A stretch of DNA of 37,129 bases, taken from a virus (taxonomy: Duplodnaviria; Caudoviricetes). The notes under the pieces are model-generated. The model did no database searches. It was not told the DNA's origin and saw only the letters and a list, made by a program, of their open reading frames with translations. Shown in pieces: positions 17,087 through 25,108 of the stretch; the stretch's first letter is position 1; every line of letters begins with the position of its first letter. The stretch spans positions 1-37,129 of the IMG/VR virus record IMGVR_UViG_3300003965_000001. One strand, 5' to 3'. Both the position numbers and the translations under genes were made by a program.

Positions 17087-18375
17087 TGATCATTTCCCCG
17101 GTCAGCGGCCTGTTCGGCAGCGCGGGCGCGCTCGGCCTGTTCGGTGAGCGGAACGGGCTCGATCGCCCGATGATCCGCAGCCAGGCGCCGCTGCTGCGCG
17201 GCACCGGCAGCACCGCGGCGAACTACACCTTCCACGTCACCTGGGCGCTGGAATGCGAGTTCGACCTCGTCCGGCTGGTCTATCACAACAACACGGCCTC
17301 GCCCTGGACCGTGAACAACGCGGCCGTCGCGCCGAGCGCAAAATACAACAACGGCTTCGATCCGGTGACCGCGGCGGATGCGCCGGTGAGTTGGACGGCC
17401 CTGACGTTCGGCGCGGCGGGCGCGGATGGCCTCGCACCGTCGCCCTCGGGCGCGGCGACGCAGCTCGACATCCCGGCGAGCCCCAGCACCGCCCGCAACG
17501 TCTTCGCCTTCACCGATTGGTTGCGACTGTCCTCCCTGCCGCGCGCCGATGTCGGCGATGGCCGGCCGCTGCTGATGACGCGCACTTACGGCATCAATGC
17601 CGGGCTGCGCGCCTTCCCGTCGAATGCCGCCTGGCCGACGGAGAATGAGGGGCGCATCCTCCGCGCCTTCTACAAATCGGGCGGCAACTACACCACGAGC
17701 GGCTTCACCACGCCGACAGCGGATGACAGCTTCACCACGCCCTGCGGCATCCAATACTACGGTCGCCTGCGCGGGGCGACGGTCCTGTCCGTCGGCGACA
17801 GCCTGACCCAAGGCACGGCCGACGCCGACCGTAACCCGTATTCCTGGGGCCACTACGCGACGGCCCGCCTCAGCACGCGAGACCGCCCGGTGTCCTTCGT
17901 GAATGGTGGCTGGCACGGCCAGACCTCAGCGAGCTACCTGGAGAACGCGCGAACCCATCTCGAGGTTTTCCGGGCCGATATCCTGACGATGCCGACCTGG
18001 TCGCCGAACGACACCCGCACCCAGGCGGCTGCCGACATCGCCTGGCAGAACATCATGGAGGTCGCCGCCTACGCCCTCTCCAGGGGGTGCGTGCCGATCC
18101 TGGCCACGGCGATTCCCTACGGCCTCAACCTTGCGGACGACAACCTCCGCAAGGGCATGAACAACCGAGCGCGGGCCATGGCCGGTGCGGGCGCGATGCT
18201 GGTGGCGGACCTGGACGCGGCCGTGACGAATGGCGGCTCGCCCGCCGCCGTGCCGCCCGGATTGCTGGCCAGCGGTGCGCATCTCACCCCCGCCGGATAT
18301 CGGCAGTGCGGCGTCGGAGCCGCGCCGGTGATCGGGCGGGCGCTGAATGCCCTCGGGCTGCGCGTGCCGGGCTAG
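17086..18375 (+). CDS. Virion-associated SGNH/GDSL hydrolase (putative head fibre esterase)
   Basis: VGDSLT, NGGWHG, SPND, GAHL blocks; TGATG coupling at 17084-17088. Confidence 0.8.
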   Translation: MIISPVSGLFGSAGALGLFGERNGLDRPMIRSQAPLLRGTGSTAANYTFHVTWALECEFDLVRLVYHNNTASPWTVNNAAVAPSAKYNNGFDPVTAADAPVSWTALTFGAAGADGLAPSPSGAATQLDIPASPSTARNVFAFTDWLRLSSLPRADVGDGRPLLMTRTYGINAGLRAFPSNAAWPTENEGRILRAFYKSGGNYTTSGFTTPTADDSFTTPCGIQYYGRLRGATVLSVGDSLTQGTADADRNPYSWGHYATARLSTRDRPVSFVNGGWHGQTSASYLENARTHLEVFRADILTMPTWSPNDTRTQAAADIAWQNIMEVAAYALSRGCVPILATAIPYGLNLADDNLRKGMNNRARAMAGAGAMLVADLDAAVTNGGSPAAVPPGLLASGAHLTPAGYRQCGVGAAPVIGRALNALGLRVPG

Positions 18376-18378
18376 AGC

Positions 18379-18672
18379 ATGAATCCGGACTTGGCGCTGA
18401 TCCTCAAGCACCTCGGCGCCGCGGCGGCAGGCCGGGTGCTGCTGCTGCTGACGGTGCCGCGCGGCCCCGTCTCCCTCGTCAGCGTGCTGCGCGTCCTGGT
18501 GTGGGAAGTGCCGCTCATCGCGGCCTTCGCCTTCGTCGGGCATTTCAGCGGCCGCGCGGCCGACATGTCCGAGCCCACCACGATCGTCATGACCGCGCTG
18601 ATCGCGCATTTCGGCGCGCGCGGCGTGGATGCGGTGGCGCGCCGCTTCCTGCCGGAGCGACCCTCCCCATGA
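18379..18672 (+). CDS. Putative holin
   Basis: 97 aa with 2-3 hydrophobic segments; C-terminal AHFGARGVDAVARRF resembles lambda-S-type holins. Confidence 0.6.
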   Translation: MNPDLALILKHLGAAAAGRVLLLLTVPRGPVSLVSVLRVLVWEVPLIAAFAFVGHFSGRAADMSEPTTIVMTALIAHFGARGVDAVARRFLPERPSP

Positions 18673-19298
18673 GCACGGCGGAAATCGACCTCGCCTCGGG
18701 GGCGCTCAGGCTGATCGGCGAACTCTCCGTCACCGGCCTCGACGAAGGCACGGACCTGGCGGAGACCGTCAACCGCGTCATGCCGGCGACGGTGCGCGCC
18801 TGCCTCACGGCCCATCCCTGGCGGCACACTCTGCGCAAGGTGCAGCTCGCCCGGCTCACCACGCCGCCGCTGAACGAATGGACCTATGCGCACGCCCTGC
18901 CGGCCGAGAAGCTACAGGTCCGCGCGATGTTCCCCTCCGGCAGCCCTCGCGCCACGCCGCTGCGCGAGTATGAGATCTTCGACAACCGGGCCTACAGCCA
19001 TGCGCTCGACCTCTGGTGCGACTACCAGGTGGAGACGCCGCCCGGCGCCTGGCCGCCCTATCTCTATGCGCTGATCCGCGCCGCGCTTGCGAGCGACTTT
19101 GCCGTCGCGGTCGGCACGAGCACCACGCTGGCCGAGATGTGGCACCGCCGGGCCTTCGGCACGCCCAGCGAGAACCTCAAGGGCGGGCTGATGGGGCAGG
19201 CCACGCGGCTGGACAGCCAGCAGCAGCCGCCCCAGCAGGTCACCGATGAGCCACTGATGGCGGCCCGCTTCGGCGGTTATCCAGGCCGGCGCTGGTAG
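18669..19298 (+). CDS. Tail tubular protein A (adaptor)
   Basis: ALRLIGE...CLTAHPW...YAHALP; ATGA coupling. Confidence 0.85.
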   Translation: MSTAEIDLASGALRLIGELSVTGLDEGTDLAETVNRVMPATVRACLTAHPWRHTLRKVQLARLTTPPLNEWTYAHALPAEKLQVRAMFPSGSPRATPLREYEIFDNRAYSHALDLWCDYQVETPPGAWPPYLYALIRAALASDFAVAVGTSTTLAEMWHRRAFGTPSENLKGGLMGQATRLDSQQQPPQQVTDEPLMAARFGGYPGRRW

Positions 19299-19300
19299 CC

Positions 19301-21013
19301 ATGCGCATCGCGCGCGCCGCGCAAACCAGCTTCACTGCCGGCGAACTCGGCCCCGAGCTGCTGGGGCGCGTCAACGTCACCTGGTACTACTCCGGTGCCC
19401 AGCTCATGCGGAACGTGCTGACGCGGCCGCAGGGCAGCGTCGTCCGCCGTCCCGGCATGCAGCATGTCTATCAGTTCGCCGGCAGCACGGGCCTCGCCGG
19501 CGTGCGCTGCATCCCCTTCGCCTTCAACACCGAGCAGACCTATTGCATCGTGCTCACGGCCGGCCGGATGGACGTGATCCGCTCGGATGGCCTGCATCTC
19601 GCGACAGTCACAGGCTGTCCGTGGAACGACCAGCACGCCTATCAGATGAACCGCGCGCAGAGCGCAGACACGCTGCTGCTGTTCCACGCCAGCATGCCAC
19701 CGCAGAAGGTGACCCGTGGCGTCAGCGAGAGCAGCTGGACCGTCGCCGCCGTCGCCTGGACCAACATCCCGCAGGTCGATTTCGGCGCCGGCAACGAAGC
19801 CATCATGAGCGTAACCCGCGGCTGGCCTGAATGCGGCACCTTCCACCAGGGGCGCCTGTGGATCGGCGGCTTCGCGAGTAAGCCCGCGACCTTCGTCGCC
19901 AGCAAGGTCGGCGACTTCTTCAACTTGGACAAGGGCACGGCACTCGACGACGAAGCGATCGTCGCGACGATCGACACCGACCAGGTGAACGCCATCCACC
20001 AGATGGTGTCGGCGCGCGGCCTTCAGATCCTCACCTCCGGCGCCGAGCATGTGGTGACGGGCGATCCGATCACGCCGAAGACGGTCGGACGCGAGGAGCA
20101 GACGCGGCGCGGCATCCAGCGCTGGACGCCGACCTGCGAAGTGGATGGGGCCACCCTGTTCATCCAGCAGCAGGGCGCGGCGCTGCGCCAGTTCCTCTTC
20201 GTGGATGCCGAGCAGGCCTGGCGGTCCGACATCGCCAGCCTTCTGGCGCCGCATCTGATCAAGGTCCCGATCGACATGGCGGCCCGCAAGACGGCGCGGC
20301 AGGACGATGCGGACCGCGTGCTGCTGGTGAACAGCGACTTCACCGTGACGGTGCTGACCACGCTCCGCGCCCAGGAGGTCGCTGCCTTCACGCGATGGGA
20401 AACCGATGGCGCCATCCGCAGCGTCTGCGCCCTGCTGTCCGGCGAGGTGTTCTTCGCCGTGGTGCGGGACGGCACCTTGCGCATCGAGGCCTGGGATAGC
20501 GCGGCGCTGCTGGACGCCAGCCGGCGCCAGGCGAGCGGCACGCCCTTCACCATCGTCACCGGCCTCGGCCATCTCGATGGCCTCGAAGTCGGGATGATCG
20601 CGGATGGGGCCTATCTTGGCACCGCCACCGTCAGCGGCACCACGCTGACCCTGCCGCGTGCCGCGCTGGACGCCGAGGTCGGCCTGGTGTGGGGGCCGCG
20701 CATCGAGACGCTGCCGATCGAGCCGCGCGACCAGTCGGGCAACCTGATCGGCCGCAAGTCGCGCGTGGCGCGGGTGACCGCGCGCGTGCGCGACAGCGGC
20801 AACTTCACCATCGAAGGGCAGCCCCTGGTGCTGCGTGGCGTCGGCACGGCGCCAAACGCGCCGCTGGACACGCCGCCGCGGCGCTTCACCGGCGACGCCT
20901 TCCTCAACGGGCTGCTGGGCTGGAAATACCAGCATGTGCTGGTGATCGAACAGCCGGTGCCGCAGCCGCTCGAGATCCTCGCGCTGGCCTATGAGATGAG
21001 GCTCGCCGACTGA
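19301..21013 (+). CDS. Tail tubular protein B (nozzle)
   Basis: QTSFTAGELGP, GSVVRRPG, GWPECGTFHQGRL. Confidence 0.9.
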   Translation: MRIARAAQTSFTAGELGPELLGRVNVTWYYSGAQLMRNVLTRPQGSVVRRPGMQHVYQFAGSTGLAGVRCIPFAFNTEQTYCIVLTAGRMDVIRSDGLHLATVTGCPWNDQHAYQMNRAQSADTLLLFHASMPPQKVTRGVSESSWTVAAVAWTNIPQVDFGAGNEAIMSVTRGWPECGTFHQGRLWIGGFASKPATFVASKVGDFFNLDKGTALDDEAIVATIDTDQVNAIHQMVSARGLQILTSGAEHVVTGDPITPKTVGREEQTRRGIQRWTPTCEVDGATLFIQQQGAALRQFLFVDAEQAWRSDIASLLAPHLIKVPIDMAARKTARQDDADRVLLVNSDFTVTVLTTLRAQEVAAFTRWETDGAIRSVCALLSGEVFFAVVRDGTLRIEAWDSAALLDASRRQASGTPFTIVTGLGHLDGLEVGMIADGAYLGTATVSGTTLTLPRAALDAEVGLVWGPRIETLPIEPRDQSGNLIGRKSRVARVTARVRDSGNFTIEGQPLVLRGVGTAPNAPLDTPPRRFTGDAFLNGLLGWKYQHVLVIEQPVPQPLEILALAYEMRLAD

Positions 21014-21435
21014 TGCTGACCTTGCGCGCCGCGCGAACCGCCGATGTGGATGGCTTCGCGCTCGATGCCCGCCAGGCCGCGGTGATGCCGCAATGGTGGA
21101 TGGCGCTGAACGACGCCATGCTGGCCGGGACCGCCATGACGGTGCTGCGGGGCGATCGCGTGCTGGCCTTCGGCGGCCTGGCCACCATCTGGCCCGGCCG
21201 CGCCTGCGCCTGGTGCTTCCTTTCGGCCGACATCCCGATCGCCGCCTGGGTGCCGGCGACGCGCCTCGCGCGAGCGGTGCTGGACGCCAGCGGCATCGCG
21301 CGCATCGAGGCGGACATCCGCGACGACTTCCCGCCCGCGGCGCGATGGGCGCGGATGCTGGGCTTCTGCGACGAAGGGCCGATGCCGGCCTATTGGCAGG
21401 GCGCGACCTATCGCCGCTTCGCGAGGATCGCATGA
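21013..21435 (+). CDS. GNAT-fold internal virion protein A-like
   Basis: RWARMLGFCDEG; T7 gp13-like position. Confidence 0.7.
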   Translation: MLTLRAARTADVDGFALDARQAAVMPQWWMALNDAMLAGTAMTVLRGDRVLAFGGLATIWPGRACAWCFLSADIPIAAWVPATRLARAVLDASGIARIEADIRDDFPPAARWARMLGFCDEGPMPAYWQGATYRRFARIA

Positions 21436-21971
21436 GCGAGAGCCCGTGGTTCCGCCGTCCGATCATCTGCCGTGAGCCGATCAGCGCCAGCGTGGCAGCC
21501 ATCAGCTCCGCTGTGGCGACCGCTGCGCCGGCGCTGACCGCCATCAGCACCATCGCCGGCACCGCCCTTCAGGTCGTCGGCGCACAGCGCCAGGCCTCGG
21601 CCATGCAGAGCCAGGCGGCTGCGGCCGAGTTCAACGCCCGCCAGGAGTTGATCCGCGGCCAGCAGCAGAGCAGCCAGTTGCGCGAAAGTTTGCTGCGCAC
21701 CCTCGCTTCGCAGCGCAGCCGCTATGCGGCGTCCGGCCTGGCGATCGACCAAGGCACGCCAGCCCAGCTCCAGGACCTCACGGCCGAGCAGGCAGAGCGC
21801 GAGCTGGCGATCGCCGGCAGCAACGCGACCATCCGGTCCGAGCAGCAGCGGATGCAGGCCAGCCTGTTGGAGGACGGCGCCGACTGGACCAGCACCGCCG
21901 GCTATGTGCGGGGCGGTGTCAACCTGTTCGAGGCCTACGACCGCTATTCGCAGCGGAGGCCCGGCACATGA
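21432..21971 (+). CDS. Small ejection protein (T7 gp14-like)
   Basis: Hydrophobic Ala-rich N-terminus, Gln-rich coil, AASGL; ATGA coupling. Confidence 0.75.
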   Translation: MSESPWFRRPIICREPISASVAAISSAVATAAPALTAISTIAGTALQVVGAQRQASAMQSQAAAAEFNARQELIRGQQQSSQLRESLLRTLASQRSRYAASGLAIDQGTPAQLQDLTAEQAERELAIAGSNATIRSEQQRMQASLLEDGADWTSTAGYVRGGVNLFEAYDRYSQRRPGT

Positions 21972-24900
21972 GCGGATCCCGCGGCCGCCCCGCCGCGCCG
22001 GAATTCGCGCCGCGCGTGCTGGCCGAGCTGGCGCCTGCCGGCGGCGGCGCCGCCATGGTGGCGGGGCAGCAGATCGAAAGCATCGGCGAGCGCATCTCGC
22101 GCCTCGGGCAGATCGGCCAGCACCGGCTCGACCAGGCGGCCGAAGAGGAGGCCCAGCAGGCCGGGGCCGCGGCGGGCGAGCAGGAGCCCGGCACGGTGAT
22201 GGAAGGCGGCGGCGGGCTCTATCGCCGCGCCTACAACCGCGCCGCCATCGAGGCGGGCGGCCGTCGCCTCGAAATCACGGCGCGCCAGGAATTCGAGCGC
22301 ATGGCGCGCGAGCATGCGGCCGATCCGGACGCCTTCCAGCGATCCGCCATCGCCTGGCGCGATGGCGTGCTGGCGCAGATGCCGGAGGCGTTCCGCGTGC
22401 GCGTTGCGCCGACCCTGGACGCGATGGCCGCGCCCTTCCTGCGCATCGCGCGAACCCAGCAGGATCAGCACGTCGCCGACGAGCGCGGCGCCAGCTTCGT
22501 CGCGGCCCTGCCGCTGCGCCTGGCCGCTATCGAGCGGGCCGGCCTGCGCATCGCGACCGATCCGGCGGCGCGCACCGAAGCCGATCGCGAGCAGGCCGGG
22601 CTGCGCGGCGAGCTGGTCGCCCTTGGCCCGCGCACCGCCTTCAGCTTCGAGGGCCAGCACTATCCGGCCGATTCGACCCGCGCCGGCCGCTACAACCTCG
22701 AGCAGATGGCCGAGATCCGGCGGCGGTCGCAGGACATCGAGGCGGTCGCCCTCGCCCGCGGCGCCTTCCGCACCGGGCCGCAGACCCTCGCCGCCGTCGA
22801 GGCCTTCGAGCGCCGCGCCGAGGCCGGCGAAGTGGCGGGGCTGCGGCCCGACCAGGCGCGCAGCGTTGCCGATGCGCTGCGCCGGGACCTGGCGCAGGCC
22901 CGGGCCGCGCAGACGGAAGGGCAGCGCGAGGCGCGCGCGGCCCTGGCGCCGCGCGTGGATGCCGATCGGGCGGCGATCGCCGAGAGCGGCGCGCCGGTGG
23001 GCAACATCCTGGACAGCGAGCTGTCCGCCGCCGGCTACGACGTGCCGCAGTATCGGGCGCAGGAGCGCGCGCGGATGCTGGGCTGGCAGGCGCGCCAGGA
23101 CCTCGCCGGCGTGGACACACCGGCCCGCGCCCAGGAGATCGCCGATCGCTTCGCGCCGGGCAGCGCGCTGTTCCTGGCGGACCCCGAGGCCGCGCGCCAG
23201 GTGCTGCTATTCGCGCGGGAGCGCGGCGCGAGCATCCGCGCCGCCTCGCTTCAGGACACGATCCGCGACCGCGCGGCGGAGCTGACCGCCGGTGCCGGTG
23301 CGGCCGTGCGCCATGCTGCCGCGGTGCCGCAGGAATGGCGGCCGATCATCGCCGAGGCGGCGCGCCAGCATGGGGTGCAGGAGTTCTTCGGTCAGGCTCT
23401 TCTTGGTCGCGAGAGTGAGGGCCGGGCTGACGCCGTGAGCCCAGCCGGCGCCCAGGGACCGGCGCAGATCATGCCGGACACCGCGGCCAATCCCGGCTTC
23501 GGCATGGTGCCGCTGCCCCGGGACGCGATCCGCGACCCCGCCCGAGCCATCCCCTGGGCACTGGAATACTACAGCCGGCTTCGCGCCCATTTCGGCGGCA
23601 GCGATGAGTTGGCGCTGATGGCCTACAATTGGGGCCATCGAAATGTCACGCGCTGGATCGAAGGCGGCCGCACCGGGCCGGTCCCGGCCGAGACGCGCGC
23701 CTATGTCGCCGCGCTGCTGCCCGCCGCCGGCGGCGACCCCGCCCGGTCCGGTGCGACGCTGCCCCCCATCGTCTCGCCCGAGGAGGCGATCGCCGCCGGG
23801 CAGACGCCGGAATGGGCGGCGCGGGCCTCGGCCGAGGCGGCCGAGGCCGCGCGCATCGCGGCGCTGCGCCAGGCCGCGCTGACCGCTACGCCCGAGCAGC
23901 GCCGCGACATCGAGGCGGAACTGGCGGTGGTGGGGGAGCGCGCCGCCGAGAATGCCCGCGCGGCTGCCGCGTGGCGCGAGGTGCTCGCCGACCGCGAACG
24001 CGGCATGCGCGAGGACCCCGCCGGCTACGTCACGGCGACCAGTCCCATCCTGCATCAGCTCGAGCAGCGCGTGATCCAGGGCGACGCGACCGCGCTGTCC
24101 CCGCTGCTGGACGCAGTGCGGCAGGAACAGGCCCGCCAGGGTGTGCCCGAGGCTGCGCAGCGCCCGATCAGCGTCGGCCTGGCGCAAGGTTTGGTGCAAT
24201 CCCTCATGGCCCTGCCGACCGATGCGGAGCGCCTGCCGGCGCTGCGCCAGATGCTCGGCCAGGTGCGGATGGACCAGCAGGGCGATGTCCTGGCGGCCCT
24301 GCGCATGTCGCGCTTGCCGGAACCCGTGGCGATCGCTGCTGCCGTCGCGCCGCGCCTCGGCGAGGCCGCGGCCAGCCGCCTGCTGACCGAGCTGACGACG
24401 GATGTCGGCAAGCTCGGCCTCACGCCGGAACTGACCCGCACCGTGCGGGAGAACACCGCCAGCCTGATGGATGACAGCGACCGCGTCGGCGGCCTGCGCG
24501 CGCGGCAATACCAGGCGACGGGGAATGCCGATTTCCTCGAACGCGCCGCGCAAGGCGCCGTGCGGCTGCGCCATGTCGTCTCGGTCCGCGCGGCCGCCAG
24601 CCAGGACGCCAGCGGCAGCGTGGTGCGCGGGGCCTATGAGGACCTGTACGGCAGCCATGTCGCCATGGACCGGCGCGGCGTGCTCGCCCTGGTGCCGCGC
24701 GGGGTGGATCAGGCAGCGCTGGCACGGGGGCTCGAAGTGCTGCGCGACCGCGAGGCGAACCGCCTGGCGCCGGGCGACAGCGCGGCGGCGCGCGGCATCC
24801 GGACCGATTTCAGCCGGGGCCGGTGGATGGATATCGGCGACGGCCAGTTCGCCTATTTCCCGCAGGGCAGCCCCATCTGGCATGTGCGGCCGGACGGCTC

Positions 24901-25108
24901 GCCCATGGTGGCGACCACGGGCGACGCGCTCGGCCTGGCGCTGGGCAACCCGTCGATCGGCGCGCCGGAGCCGGCGGCCGAGCTGCGCCAGGGGCCGCTC
25001 GCCGTCCCGCCCGAAGAACAGCGTCGCCGGATGGATGAGCGCCTCGGCATCCCGCTGACGCCGCCAGGCGGCGCGCCCGTGCGCCGCGTGCCGGAGCCGC
25101 GGCCGTGA
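21968..25108 (+). CDS. Internal virion (ejection) protein with SLT lytic transglycosylase domain
   Basis: RESEG...SPAGAQGPAQIMPDTA...ALMAYNWG...ETRAYV (~23330-23720; catalytic Glu codon at 23411). Confidence 0.88.
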   Translation: MSGSRGRPAAPEFAPRVLAELAPAGGGAAMVAGQQIESIGERISRLGQIGQHRLDQAAEEEAQQAGAAAGEQEPGTVMEGGGGLYRRAYNRAAIEAGGRRLEITARQEFERMAREHAADPDAFQRSAIAWRDGVLAQMPEAFRVRVAPTLDAMAAPFLRIARTQQDQHVADERGASFVAALPLRLAAIERAGLRIATDPAARTEADREQAGLRGELVALGPRTAFSFEGQHYPADSTRAGRYNLEQMAEIRRRSQDIEAVALARGAFRTGPQTLAAVEAFERRAEAGEVAGLRPDQARSVADALRRDLAQARAAQTEGQREARAALAPRVDADRAAIAESGAPVGNILDSELSAAGYDVPQYRAQERARMLGWQARQDLAGVDTPARAQEIADRFAPGSALFLADPEAARQVLLFARERGASIRAASLQDTIRDRAAELTAGAGAAVRHAAAVPQEWRPIIAEAARQHGVQEFFGQALLGRESEGRADAVSPAGAQGPAQIMPDTAANPGFGMVPLPRDAIRDPARAIPWALEYYSRLRAHFGGSDELALMAYNWGHRNVTRWIEGGRTGPVPAETRAYVAALLPAAGGDPARSGATLPPIVSPEEAIAAGQTPEWAARASAEAAEAARIAALRQAALTATPEQRRDIEAELAVVGERAAENARAAAAWREVLADRERGMREDPAGYVTATSPILHQLEQRVIQGDATALSPLLDAVRQEQARQGVPEAAQRPISVGLAQGLVQSLMALPTDAERLPALRQMLGQVRMDQQGDVLAALRMSRLPEPVAIAAAVAPRLGEAAASRLLTELTTDVGKLGLTPELTRTVRENTASLMDDSDRVGGLRARQYQATGNADFLERAAQGAVRLRHVVSVRAAASQDASGSVVRGAYEDLYGSHVAMDRRGVLALVPRGVDQAALARGLEVLRDREANRLAPGDSAAARGIRTDFSRGRWMDIGDGQFAYFPQGSPIWHVRPDGSPMVATTGDALGLALGNPSIGAPEPAAELRQGPLAVPPEEQRRRMDERLGIPLTPPGGAPVRRVPEPRP

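Noticed and set aside
21724-23418. Long same-strand alternative-frame ORFs within ejection genes (also 28503..30047)
   Set aside because: Arg/Pro/Gly-rich, and the main frame keeps normal codon bias, unlike 30338..30547
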